Below the pieces are notes generated by a model. The model saw only the letters and a list, made by a program, of their open reading frames with translations, did not search any database and was not told the origin of the DNA. A program made the position numbers and the translations under genes. DNA of 64,000 nucleotides from Candidatus Limnocylindria bacterium (GTDB lineage Bacteria; Chloroflexota; Limnocylindria; QHBO01). Positions within the stretch are counted from its first letter, which is position 1, and the number at the start of each line of letters is the position of its first letter. The stretch spans positions 3,070 to 67,069 of the forward strand of contig JBKJVN010000134.1 in the NCBI GenBank assembly GCA_046717345.1, given 5' to 3'. This document shows, one piece after another, positions 1 to 7,534 of this stretch.

Positions 1-564
1 GAGGGGCACCATCCATACGAGTCACCCGCCTGGTCGTGGCTGCTCCTGAAACGCCCGGTCGCGTACTGGTTCGCAGCCGACGGGGTCTACCGCGAAGTCA
101 TGGCTCTGGGGAACCCGGCGGCCTGGTGGCCGGCAGTTGTGGCGGCCATCGGGTTGACCGTGGCCTGGCTGCGGCGAGGGGTTCGGGTGTTTGCACCGGA
201 GGCGGTCGTGGTGGTGGGGGTAGCGGCGACGTACGTGCCGTGGCTGGTCGTCGGCGCAACCTGGAACGGGCTCCTGTGGTACATCCTGCCCAGCATCCCG
301 TTCCTGTACCTGGGGCTGGGCCTGCTTACCGCGCGTGCATGGGGCAGTTTGCCGGGGCGGGTGCTGGCCGGGGTAGCGGGCGTTGTGGTCGTGGCGGCGT
401 TCCTGGTCTATTGGCCGCTGCTGGTGGCCGCCCCCCTGTCTCCCGACGACTGGCAGCGCCGCATGCTGTTCACCGACTGCGACCGTCCAGGGGCGCCCAC
501 CATGACCGTGCCGGATGCAATCACCAGCTCCGGGCTGCCGCCCGACGGTTGGTGCTGGATCTAG
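1..564 (+). CDS. C-terminal part of a PMT-family (GT-C, phospholipid-carrier-dependent) glycosyltransferase / protein O-mannosyltransferase-like membrane protein. 5'-truncated by the window edge.
   Basis: The frame is open from nt 1. Translation is ...HPYESPAWSWLLLKRPVAYWF...GNPAAWW... followed by hydrophobic TM segments, which is typical of the PMT C-terminal 4TM region. It converges on wecB with a 2-nt stop overlap. Confidence 0.55.
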   Translation, partial: EGHHPYESPAWSWLLLKRPVAYWFAADGVYREVMALGNPAAWWPAVVAAIGLTVAWLRRGVRVFAPEAVVVVGVAATYVPWLVVGATWNGLLWYILPSIPFLYLGLGLLTARAWGSLPGRVLAGVAGVVVVAAFLVYWPLLVAAPLSPDDWQRRMLFTDCDRPGAPTMTVPDAITSSGLPPDGWCWI

Positions 565-1748
565 GCCCCCGGGGCCACCGTCTCAGCGCCGCTGGATCCA
601 GCGACGCCACCGGCAGGGTTGCGTGGATTCGCCCTCGACCGCAGGGGAGTGAGCTTCGGGCGGCCCGCGGCGCCACCGCGAGTCAGGATCAGGTCGACGA
701 TCCGTTCCCCGCTGTGCCCGTCGCCGAACGGGTTGATCCACGTCCGCGGTGCCCGATGCATTGCCGTTGCGCCTTCGAGAATCCGGTCCGGATCCGCGCC
801 GACCAGCCGGTTGGCTCCGACCTCCACCGACTCGGGACGCTCGGTGTTGTCGCGGAGGGTGACGCACGGGACGCGGAGCGTGCACGCCTCCTCCTGAAGC
901 CCACCGGAGTCGGTCATCACGAGCCCTGCGCGCGATTGCAGGGCGAGGAACTCGTGGTAGCCCAAGGGCGGAAGCCGGCGAACCATCGGCGCGACGGCAA
1001 TGCCCAGCTCGGACAGGCGCTGCGTGGTCCGCGGGTGCAGGGCGACCAGCACGGGGAAGTCCAGCGCCGAGGCAACCCGTTCGAGGCCCTCGAAGATCCC
1101 GCGCAGCCGTCCGGGGTCGATCACGTTCTCAGCTCGATGCACCGTCGCGACTGCGTACCGCGACGGATGGACGCCGAACATCGCCAGCACCGGCTCGGGG
1201 TCAACACGGTCAAGCTGATAGAGCACCTCGTCGACCGCGGTGTTTCCGGTGACATGCACTCGCTCGGGCTCGATGCCCTCCCCCAGCAGGATGTCGCGGG
1301 CATGCTTCGTGGGGGCGAAGAGGTCCTCGGCCAGGTGGTCGACGAGGATGCGGTTGATCTCCTCGGGCATCGATCGGTCGTAGGAGCGCAATCCGGCCTC
1401 CACGTGGCCGACTCGAAGCCCCAGCTTGTTGGCAGCCAGCCCAGCAGCCAGGACGGAGTTCGTATCCCCCTCGACCAGCACCTCGTCCGGCCGCTCACCG
1501 ACGAGCACGCTCTCGATGGCGCTGATGATGGAGCTGATCTGCAGCACGTGCGAGCCAGAGCCCACGCCGAGGTTGTGCGTCGGTCGCGGCAGTTCGAGCT
1601 GCTCGAAGAAGACCCCGTCCATTTCAAACGAGTAGTGCTGGCCGGTGTGAAGCACCAGGAACGGCACGTCGCGCGCGACGCAGGCCCGGATGACCGGCGC
1701 CATCTTGATGATCTCGGGCCGCGTCCCCACCACGATGGCCACCTTCAT
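561..1748 (-). CDS. wecB: UDP-N-acetylglucosamine 2-epimerase (non-hydrolysing)
   Basis: 395-aa ORF. N-terminus MKVAIVVGTRPEIIKMAPV plus HTGQHY, the GSGSH/SNSVLAAG..., VEAGLRSYD and MTDSGGLQEEA blocks are diagnostic of WecB/MnaA. Its start overlaps the stop of the upstream GT2 gene by 4 nt. Confidence 0.85.
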   Translation of the reverse strand: MKVAIVVGTRPEIIKMAPVIRACVARDVPFLVLHTGQHYSFEMDGVFFEQLELPRPTHNLGVGSGSHVLQISSIISAIESVLVGERPDEVLVEGDTNSVLAAGLAANKLGLRVGHVEAGLRSYDRSMPEEINRILVDHLAEDLFAPTKHARDILLGEGIEPERVHVTGNTAVDEVLYQLDRVDPEPVLAMFGVHPSRYAVATVHRAENVIDPGRLRGIFEGLERVASALDFPVLVALHPRTTQRLSELGIAVAPMVRRLPPLGYHEFLALQSRAGLVMTDSGGLQEEACTLRVPCVTLRDNTERPESVEVGANRLVGADPDRILEGATAMHRAPRTWINPFGDGHSGERIVDLILTRGGAAGRPKLTPLRSRANPRNPAGGVAGSSGAETVAPGA

Positions 1749-2566
1749 GGCCCCACCGTCCCGTCGCGAGATTCGACACCGGCGAGCCGGCTTCGCACCC
1801 GCCTTTCGGAGTACGTCGTGAAGCGCTCAACGAAGCGACGGGCGAGCAGCGCCAGCGTGTTGCGGATGGTGCGGGCCACACGCATCTTGCTCTGTCCCAC
1901 GCGTTCGCTGTAGTCAAGCTGCAACGGGACCTCGGTGGCGCGGATGCCGACCTGGCGGAGTCGGAGCAACAGGTCCATCACGGCCTCGAAACCGCGGGCG
2001 GTACACAGCTCCTCGCCGTAGACCAGGCGTGCCCGCTGAAGCGGGGGGATCCGGTAGGCCCGGAAGCAGCAGGAATAGTCGCGCACGCCGCGAATTGGGA
2101 ACATGACCTGAAAGACGATTCGTCCGACGTCAGACAGCGCTCGTCGGTAGGCCGGTACGCCGTACACCTGTGATCCGGGCCGATAGCGGGATGCCACCAC
2201 CAGGTCGTAGCCCTGTGCCAACCGTTCCAGCATGATCGGGATGAGCCGCGGCGGATGGGTGTTGTCGCCATCGAGCATCACGATCACATCATCGGAATCC
2301 GCCCGCTCGAGGACCCAGTAGATGCCCGTGCGGACGCCGGCACCCAGTCCCAGGTTGGTGTCGTGACGGAGGACGTGCAAGGGTAGTGCGCCGCCCGTCT
2401 CGACGACCGCCGCCTCGGTCTGCGCAATCGTCTGGTCGGTACTGCCGTCATCAACCACGACTGCCAGGTAGCGATCGGGTCGCCCACGCATGGCGGCCTC
2501 CACGGCGATGAGCGTTGGCCGGATCGTCCGTTCCTCGTTGTAGGCGGGGACGATGACGTAGATCAT
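1745..2566 (-). CDS. GT2-family glycosyltransferase, polyprenol-phosphate sugar transferase type (DPM1/PpgS-like)
   Basis: 273 aa. MIYVIVPAYNEE...VVVDDGSTD...MLDGDNTHPP is the GT-A DxD fold pattern. It is translationally coupled to wecB (ATGA overlap). Confidence 0.8.
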   Translation of the reverse strand: MIYVIVPAYNEERTIRPTLIAVEAAMRGRPDRYLAVVVDDGSTDQTIAQTEAAVVETGGALPLHVLRHDTNLGLGAGVRTGIYWVLERADSDDVIVMLDGDNTHPPRLIPIMLERLAQGYDLVVASRYRPGSQVYGVPAYRRALSDVGRIVFQVMFPIRGVRDYSCCFRAYRIPPLQRARLVYGEELCTARGFEAVMDLLLRLRQVGIRATEVPLQLDYSERVGQSKMRVARTIRNTLALLARRFVERFTTYSERRVRSRLAGVESRDGTVGP

Positions 2567-2674
2567 GCGGGTGCCCCGACCGTGGGCACGGCGGCCGGAT
2601 CGGCCAGCGGCTCACGGAGGCGGATCAGCGCCGAGTCGTTCACCGGCGCATGGTAATCGGCGCCGACTTGGCAG

Positions 2675-3757
2675 ATGATCAGTGGGACTGGTCCGTATGC
2701 TCTCGTCAATGGGCGGTATCTCATAGCCAGTCCATCCCGTCCTCGCGGACGACGCCTCGCCGTCGGTCTGCTGGGGCCATTGATCAGCGCCGCGGCGATC
2801 GTGATCGTCCTGCAGTCGGTGGACATCGGGCAGACGGCTGAGGCGCTCGCTGATACCCAGTTACTGGTCCTCGCGCCTTGCCTTGTGTTGGTGGCCGCCG
2901 GGATCGCCTTGCGGGCATTGCGCTGGCAACGACTTGTGGTCCCAATCGCCGATCAAACACCGCCGGTGCGCCGCATCGCGCCGATCGTCTTGATCGGGTA
3001 TCTCGCGAACGCGGTCCTCCCCGCTCGTCTCGGCGAGCCGATCCGCGCGTACCTCTTAGCACGCCGCGAGAGCCTGAACGCATTCGAGGTCTTGGGGACC
3101 GTGCTCCTCGAGCGAATCCTTGACGTCGCGGTCCTCGCCGTGATGGCGTTCCTCGCGTCATTGGCCCTCGGCGCGCCGCCGTGGGTCGTGCAGCTCACTG
3201 GGGTCGCAGCGGCCGGCGGATTCCTCATCATCGGTGTGCTGACGCTGGGAGGCCTGCGGACGGTGCTGCGCTTCCTCCACCGATTAGCCGACCATGGCCG
3301 TTTCGCGGCCGCCAGGATGATCCTCACGAGGTTGGACCAGGTCGCCCAGGGATTCGGCGGGCGGTCCCAGCGCCTCCCGATTGCGGAAGCAGCTGGCCTC
3401 ACCGTCGTCATCTGGCTCGTGGATACAACGGTCTGCTGGCTCGCGGCCCGGAGCATTGGTTCGGACATAAGCATTGCCGCCGCGCTGCTCATCATCGGGG
3501 TCGGGGCTCTTGGGACTTCCATTCCATCGGCCCCCGGCGCCATCGGCACCTTCGAGCTCGCCGCATCTGCTGCGGCACGCGCCGTGGGCCTGGCGGCACC
3601 TGCCGCGCTGAGCCTCGCGATCGTGGTCCACGCCACCACGCTGCTCCCGGTGGCGCTGGCGGGTGCGGCTGCGATGCTCGCGATGGGCTTGGGCAGCCTC
3701 TCCGACCTTGCGGGGGCCGCGAGGAATAGCGTGGAGCCCATGAACGGCGAACGGTAG
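2675..3757 (+). CDS. Lysylphosphatidylglycerol-synthase-TM-like (MprF flippase-like domain) integral membrane protein
   Basis: 360 aa with about 8 TM helices. It has an Arg-rich N-terminus then LLGPLISAAAIVIVLQSVD.., and a conserved ..GYLANAVLPARLGEPIRAYLL.. block typical of the PF03706-type flippase-like domain. It is divergent from the GT2 gene. The exact start is uncertain. Confidence 0.6.
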   Translation: MISGTGPYALVNGRYLIASPSRPRGRRLAVGLLGPLISAAAIVIVLQSVDIGQTAEALADTQLLVLAPCLVLVAAGIALRALRWQRLVVPIADQTPPVRRIAPIVLIGYLANAVLPARLGEPIRAYLLARRESLNAFEVLGTVLLERILDVAVLAVMAFLASLALGAPPWVVQLTGVAAAGGFLIIGVLTLGGLRTVLRFLHRLADHGRFAAARMILTRLDQVAQGFGGRSQRLPIAEAAGLTVVIWLVDTTVCWLAARSIGSDISIAAALLIIGVGALGTSIPSAPGAIGTFELAASAAARAVGLAAPAALSLAIVVHATTLLPVALAGAAAMLAMGLGSLSDLAGAARNSVEPMNGER

Positions 3758-3795
3758 AAGGTGAGGCTCCTTCCGGGGCTGGCGCGACGACGCTG

Positions 3796-4138
3796 ATGTC
3801 GGCGATCGCTGATATCGTCATCGGCGGCCATCCGGCCTACTCGGTCACCGGTTCGGCGGGCAGCGGCTACGTCATCGACAGCGATGGACCGGGCGCCACG
3901 TTCGTAGTGGCGGGGACTCGAAGAGCTGCCCTCCGGCGAAATCTACGAGCTGTGGCTCCTCGACGCTGCTGAGATACCGCTGGCGGTGGGGACCATCGAG
4001 GTCGCCGATCCCGAGCTGGCGGTGGTCGCGCTTGAGCAGGATCTGTCCGGCTTCGCGCTGTTCGCGGTGACCGTCGAGGCGAAGCGGGTTGATGCCCCGA
4101 CCGGGGAGCCCGTGATGGCCGGCTCGATCGGCAGCTAG
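3796..4138 (+). pseudogene. Frameshifted remnant of an anti-sigma-K factor RskA-type C-terminal domain. The N-terminal anti-sigma/TM part is absent.
   Basis: Frame 1 reads ...HPAYSVTGSAGSGYVIDSDGPGATFVVAG, then runs into a stop. Frame 2 continues LEELPSGEIYELWLLDAAEIPLAVGTIEVADPELAVVALEQDLSGFALFAVTVEAKRVDAPTGEPVMAGSIGS to TAG at 4136-4138. The joined reading matches the RskA C-terminal domain pattern (..TVVV..LP..G.TYQLWLI...). Confidence 0.4.
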
Positions 4139-4150
4139 TCGTCGATGCGG

Positions 4151-4243
4151 TTAGGGATTCTGTCGTCGACGAAACCAGATGGCCACGGCGCCCCCGAGCA
4201 CCGCGATGACGATGACGGCGATGATGATCTGCGTTGTGTCCAT
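4151..4243 (-). CDS. Possible 30-aa single-TM small protein (MDTTQIIIAVIVIAVLGGAVAIWFRRRQNP)
   Basis: ATG is preceded by AGAGGACGAC (GAGGA Shine-Dalgarno about 6 nt upstream). The hydrophobic core is followed by RRR. No homology claim. Confidence 0.25.
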   Translation of the reverse strand: MDTTQIIIAVIVIAVLGGAVAIWFRRRQNP

Positions 4244-4323
4244 GTCGTCCTCTGTCTATTCGATTAGGCCCGGGTGCCACAGCCTGGCGGCAAGTATGCG
4301 GCGACGACGAGGCGCAATGGGCC

Positions 4324-4389
4324 ATTTCGTGCGTGAATGTGTGGCGTGCCCGAGAGGACTCGAACCTCCGACCTTTAGGTCCGCAACCT
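4324..4389. repeat. Left copy of a 66-bp direct repeat (attL/attR-type). It duplicates the 3' half of tRNA-Arg plus 17 bp of its downstream flank.
   Basis: tttcgtgcgtgaatgTgtggcgtgcccgagaggactcgaacctccgacctttaggtccgcaaccta here, against the same string with one mismatch at 14303-14368. Identity stops inside the anticodon-loop region of the tRNA. Confidence 0.75.
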
Positions 4390-4499
4390 AGTAGCCACAG
4401 TCCCGGGCCATCCCGATGCGTCCCGTTCTGCCCTCGTTCGAGCGTGAATCGGGGGTCCGGTCGGGCCAAACGTCCCGGTCCGTCCCGGCATGTAACCGG

Positions 4500-4522
4500 T
4501 AATCCGTGAGCATTCTGTGAGC
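4500..4522. repeat. 23-bp direct repeat TAATCCGTGAGCATTCTGTGAGC (tandem GTGAGC hexamers spaced 11 bp). Second copy at 14236-14258. Putative integrase/Xis arm-type sites.
   Basis: Exact 23-nt identity between 4500-4522 and 14236-14258. Both lie just inside the att repeats. Confidence 0.4.
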
Positions 4523-4524
4523 GT

Positions 4525-4992
4525 TCAGAGCCGACTGTCTGCAATCACGTCAGCAAGCTTGTCTCGGGGGATCGGGGAGCAATGGGCTTTGCCTTCCGCG
4601 TCCCACCAGCACGCTTCACGGATCGGGTTCTGGCGGTGGTACACCGCGATCTCGTCCGAGACGAATGTGGTCCAGGCTTCCTGGCCTTCCTCGAGGGTCG
4701 CGCGATCGGCGTCACCGCCTGCGTTACCACCTCGGAGTGGTCGATTCCTATCGCCCGCTAGACCGAATGCTTCAATCCGAATTCGATTGCGGCGGCATTT
4801 CACCCACATACGCAGCCACAGGGCGTCCGGTCGCTGCAACTCGCCGAACTCCTTGCGAAGCCGGACTGTCGTGCAGCGAATTTCCGCCAGCCGTCGCCCG
4901 CGAACCCATCCACGCCAGCCGAACAGGGCTCCGATTGCGGCGAACAGAAGGGCGCCACCCGCCAGGATGATCTGACCTTCTTGTTGGGTCAT
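4525..4992 (-). CDS. Hypothetical membrane-anchored protein (N-terminal TM helix, basic region, possible bacterial PH-like domain)
   Basis: 155 aa. MTQQEGQIILAGGALLFAAIGALFGWRGW... First gene at the distal end of the island. Confidence 0.45.
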   Translation of the reverse strand: MTQQEGQIILAGGALLFAAIGALFGWRGWVRGRRLAEIRCTTVRLRKEFGELQRPDALWLRMWVKCRRNRIRIEAFGLAGDRNRPLRGGNAGGDADRATLEEGQEAWTTFVSDEIAVYHRQNPIREACWWDAEGKAHCSPIPRDKLADVIADSRL

Positions 4993-5061
4993 GGCTCGGG
5001 AAGCGTAACCCCCACCGGAGGGTGAGATTCCGGCGGGGGTGTGAAGGCCAGGCGGGGCGGC

Positions 5062-5502
5062 TTACTGCGCCGTTACCAGCCCGCCTAACTGCGCGGTCAC
5101 GGTCGTGGCGAGATCCTCGGTCGGACCAATCGGTGCGCTGGCCAGCTCGCTCTTCACCCGGTCCAAGTCTTGGAGGTTTGGCAGGCGGCGCCCCCGCATG
5201 GCCTCCGACAGGGCCTTCGTGAACTCATCGTCGTCCCGCACGGGCCAGTCCTCGGACACCCGCACCCGCACCGCGTCAAGCCAAGAGGTGAAGTCCCGGA
5301 CCGCCCAAACGCCGGACCCGATCTCGGGATCACTCCAGGGCTCGCGTTGCCAATGCCACAGGATGCCCCCCATGGCCTCTGGTGGGGCGAGTTTCTGCTG
5401 TGGGTTGGCGGTGACGGTCAGCGGCGCGACCTTCACCTTCACCGACCCTTTGGCGTCTTCTGCCAACGGAGCCGGCTTGCCTCGGAGAGCAGGGGTGCTC
5501 AT
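5062..5502 (-). CDS. Hypothetical protein (island cargo)
   Basis: 146 aa beginning MSTPALRGKPAP. Preceded by the GGAGGCGCT-ATG-AGCACC start cassette shared with the ORF at 6660-6848. Confidence 0.45.
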   Translation of the reverse strand: MSTPALRGKPAPLAEDAKGSVKVKVAPLTVTANPQQKLAPPEAMGGILWHWQREPWSDPEIGSGVWAVRDFTSWLDAVRVRVSEDWPVRDDDEFTKALSEAMRGRRLPNLQDLDRVKSELASAPIGPTEDLATTVTAQLGGLVTAQ

Positions 5503-5774
5503 AGCGCCTCCAGCATCCGCCGCTCGGCCAGCTCGTCGGCCAGGGCAGCCTCAAGTTGGTCGGCAATCTGCGGAGCCAGCCGCGCGGCCACCACGTCGAC
5601 GGCGGCCTCGTACCAGTTGGCCGCCCCTTCTGGCAGCCCCGCGTTGTACTCGAACCGCCCGAAGCTGCTCTTGATGCCGTCGACGAGATCCTTCATCGCT
5701 TCAGCGTCCCGTGAGAGCCCGCTGATGATCGGCGTTGTGGTGCTCATGGCACCTCCCAAACTGATGGCCGCCAC
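5499..5774 (-). CDS. Hypothetical small protein (island cargo)
   Basis: 91 aa, MSTTTPIISGLSRDAEAMKDL... Preceded by GGAGGTGCC. Its stop overlaps the next gene start (ATGA). Confidence 0.45.
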   Translation of the reverse strand: MAAISLGGAMSTTTPIISGLSRDAEAMKDLVDGIKSSFGRFEYNAGLPEGAANWYEAAVDVVAARLAPQIADQLEAALADELAERRMLEAL

Positions 5775-5879
5775 CGTGGGCTTAGCACGATGACGGCCAC
5801 AAACGAAACGACCGCTAAGCCCGGTCAGGGGCAGCGTAACACTGCATTAGCCCCGCGCCACTCTTTCGCGTGCGAAGCG

Positions 5880-6260
5880 TCAGACGGTCACACCAGGTAT
5901 GAGGCCAGCGACGGCGCGGTCGTGGAAGTCCCGAATCTGGTCGCGGAGGCGCTTTGCACGCCTCAACGTCCCGACGTCAATGGTGTGTGCAGGAACGTAC
6001 CGCGCTCGGCGCGACATTCCTTGAAGGCTCAAGTAGAAACGGGCGATCGCCGGGAACTCACGGTCAAGTGCGGCTTCGAGCCTCATGTGGTCGAGGGCCT
6101 CGGTGTCAATTCCGCGCCTCGCCAGCAGAGCGCTAGCGTAGTGAAGTGCCTCGTAGAACGTGACGGTGACGGCCCAGTCGAAGTGGCCAGCGTCCTCAAG
6201 GACCTTGGCGACTCTTTCATTCGCCTCAGCTCGAGCGACGTGCTCAGCCGGGCTCCCCAC
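5880..6260 (-). CDS. HEPN-domain-like protein (candidate toxin of a HEPN/partner pair)
   Basis: 126 aa. The helix AVTVTFYEALHYASALLARRG resembles the HEPN core helix. C-terminal RLRDQIRDFH fits an R-x(4-6)-H motif. GTG start overlaps the stop of the upstream ORF by 1 nt. Confidence 0.4.
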   Translation of the reverse strand: MGSPAEHVARAEANERVAKVLEDAGHFDWAVTVTFYEALHYASALLARRGIDTEALDHMRLEAALDREFPAIARFYLSLQGMSRRARYVPAHTIDVGTLRRAKRLRDQIRDFHDRAVAGLIPGVTV

Positions 6261-6577
6261 TACCGAAAGCTGTAGACCGAGGCTTCCGGAGGCACCCTAA
6301 AAGTGCCCGCATCTGAGGGGGTCACACAGAGAAGGTCGATCGCCGAATCTGGGAATTCGCGCCTGACCTCTAGTAGGCGCCCGAAGGCCACCTCTTCGGA
6401 GTCGAGAAACTCGTCGGGCGATCCCTCGATGGCCAACACACCCTTGGTGCCTGAAGCGGAATTCGTCAGCGCTAGACCTACCGCCCCTGGGACGGTCGAA
6501 AGCGTCGCGGAGAGCCGCTGCGGAATGGTGCTCTTGTCCGCTGGCGCCGCTAGATAGTCAAGGAGCGTCATAGCCAC
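6260..6577 (-). CDS. Hypothetical protein, possible cognate partner (antitoxin/MNT-like, degenerate) of the HEPN-like gene
   Basis: 105 aa. It contains ...DSAIDLLCV..., weakly reminiscent of the minimal nucleotidyltransferase D-x-D strand, but there is no canonical GS motif. It sits immediately upstream of the HEPN-like ORF and is translationally coupled to it. Confidence 0.35.
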   Translation of the reverse strand: MAMTLLDYLAAPADKSTIPQRLSATLSTVPGAVGLALTNSASGTKGVLAIEGSPDEFLDSEEVAFGRLLEVRREFPDSAIDLLCVTPSDAGTFRVPPEASVYSFR

Positions 6578-6632
6578 GAGTAGTGTCCCAAGTCGTGGTT
6601 GCGAAGCCTCCTAGGTGGTCCGGGCTACCTAT

Positions 6633-6650
6633 CTAGTACCTAAGTACTAG
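6633..6650. promoter_or_regulatory. AT-rich perfect inverted repeat CTAGTAC-CTAA-GTACTAG upstream of the HEPN-pair operon (candidate operator)
   Basis: 7-bp arms with a 4-bp spacer, in a locally AT-rich stretch (ctatctagtacctaagtactaggtctgtcaac) of a roughly 70% GC genome. It lies between the stop of ORF 6660-6848 and the start of ORF 6260-6577. Confidence 0.3.
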
Positions 6651-6659
6651 GTCTGTCAA

Positions 6660-6848
6660 CTAGCGATGCGGGCGAAAAGGACCGTCGTGGCCGGCGTGAC
6701 GACCCGCCGGCTGCTCGTGTACGCGGGCAAGGCCCCGCGCCGGTCGCCCGCCCTTACCCAGCGCGCCAGAGGCGTTCTGGAGGCCGTAGATGAGCTGCTC
6801 GCGTGCCTCGGGAACCGTTAGGACCCGCGGGGGTGTAGTGGTGCTCAT
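6660..6848 (-). CDS. Small hypothetical protein (62 aa), possibly antitoxin-like
   Basis: MSTTTPPRVLTVPEAREQLIYGLQ... GGAGG lies 4 nt before the ATG. The first 9 codons and the SD are near-identical to the starts of two other island ORFs. Confidence 0.35.
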   Translation of the reverse strand: MSTTTPPRVLTVPEAREQLIYGLQNASGALGKGGRPARGLARVHEQPAGRHAGHDGPFRPHR

Positions 6849-6961
6849 AGCGCCTCCAGGTCGGCGCAGATCGGCCTCCCGGAGAGGTAGCGAACGTCTG
6901 GGTATGGTACGCAGTCCGTCGAGCGTCTTCCCCCTTTGGCGGGCCTGCCCTATCCTCGATC

Positions 6962-7534
6962 GTGATGTCCGTTCGAAGGCCGTGGCTGCGGGCCCTGCTC
7001 GGTGCCGCGTGCGTGATCGCCGCGTGTACGCCGACCCCGGCGCCGGCGACATCCGTGCCTGCGACCGAGAGTCCCGCGGCGGAGGTCGGCAATCTGCCCA
7101 CGGGCTGCGAGCCGATCGACCTGCGGTCTCCCGCCGGGGAACCCGTCGATCTCAACGGGATCTGGGTCCAGGATGACAAAGAAGGCCGTCGACCATCGAA
7201 ATGGTGGATCCGGACCCTCGGGGATTGCATCTGGGGCACCGGCATCTTCGATGAGTACACGGAAGTGGTTATCGCCGCCGACCCGGGCCACGTTCAGACG
7301 TTCCACGGAACGGTCGCCAACGATTTCACAATCGACAGCGACATCGTCTTGGTAGGCCCACGATTTGTGTACTTAGAATTGCCGATTTTCGCCGAGGTCC
7401 GACTGCTCATCGAGTTCGACCCGGCAGGCGAGATCATCCTCCGTGAGGACCGCATCCCCGGCGTCCAGGGCCCGCGGTGCCTGGATCCGCTTAGTTTCTG
7501 CCCCGCGCCGCTCCTCCTCCGACCCAGCCGCTGA
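6962..7534 (+). CDS. Predicted secreted lipoprotein of unknown function
   Basis: 190 aa. Signal peptide MMSVRRPWLRALLGAACVIAAC with lipobox IAA-C, then a Pro/Thr-rich linker and a globular domain. It is divergent from the small ORF at 6848. Confidence 0.55.
   Translation: MMSVRRPWLRALLGAACVIAACTPTPAPATSVPATESPAAEVGNLPTGCEPIDLRSPAGEPVDLNGIWVQDDKEGRRPSKWWIRTLGDCIWGTGIFDEYTEVVIAADPGHVQTFHGTVANDFTIDSDIVLVGPRFVYLELPIFAEVRLLIEFDPAGEIILREDRIPGVQGPRCLDPLSFCPAPLLLRPSR

Noticed and set aside
2563-2826. 87-aa minus-strand ORF whose stop overlaps the GT2 start
   Set aside because: It overlaps the N-terminus of the flippase-like gene on the other strand and has no RBS or motif. Probably spurious.
3867-4544. 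225-aa minus-strand ORF of low-complexity Arg/Pro/Ser-rich sequence spanning the att site
   Set aside because: It runs through the partial tRNA copy and intergenic DNA. Its composition is not protein-like and it is antisense to the RskA remnant.
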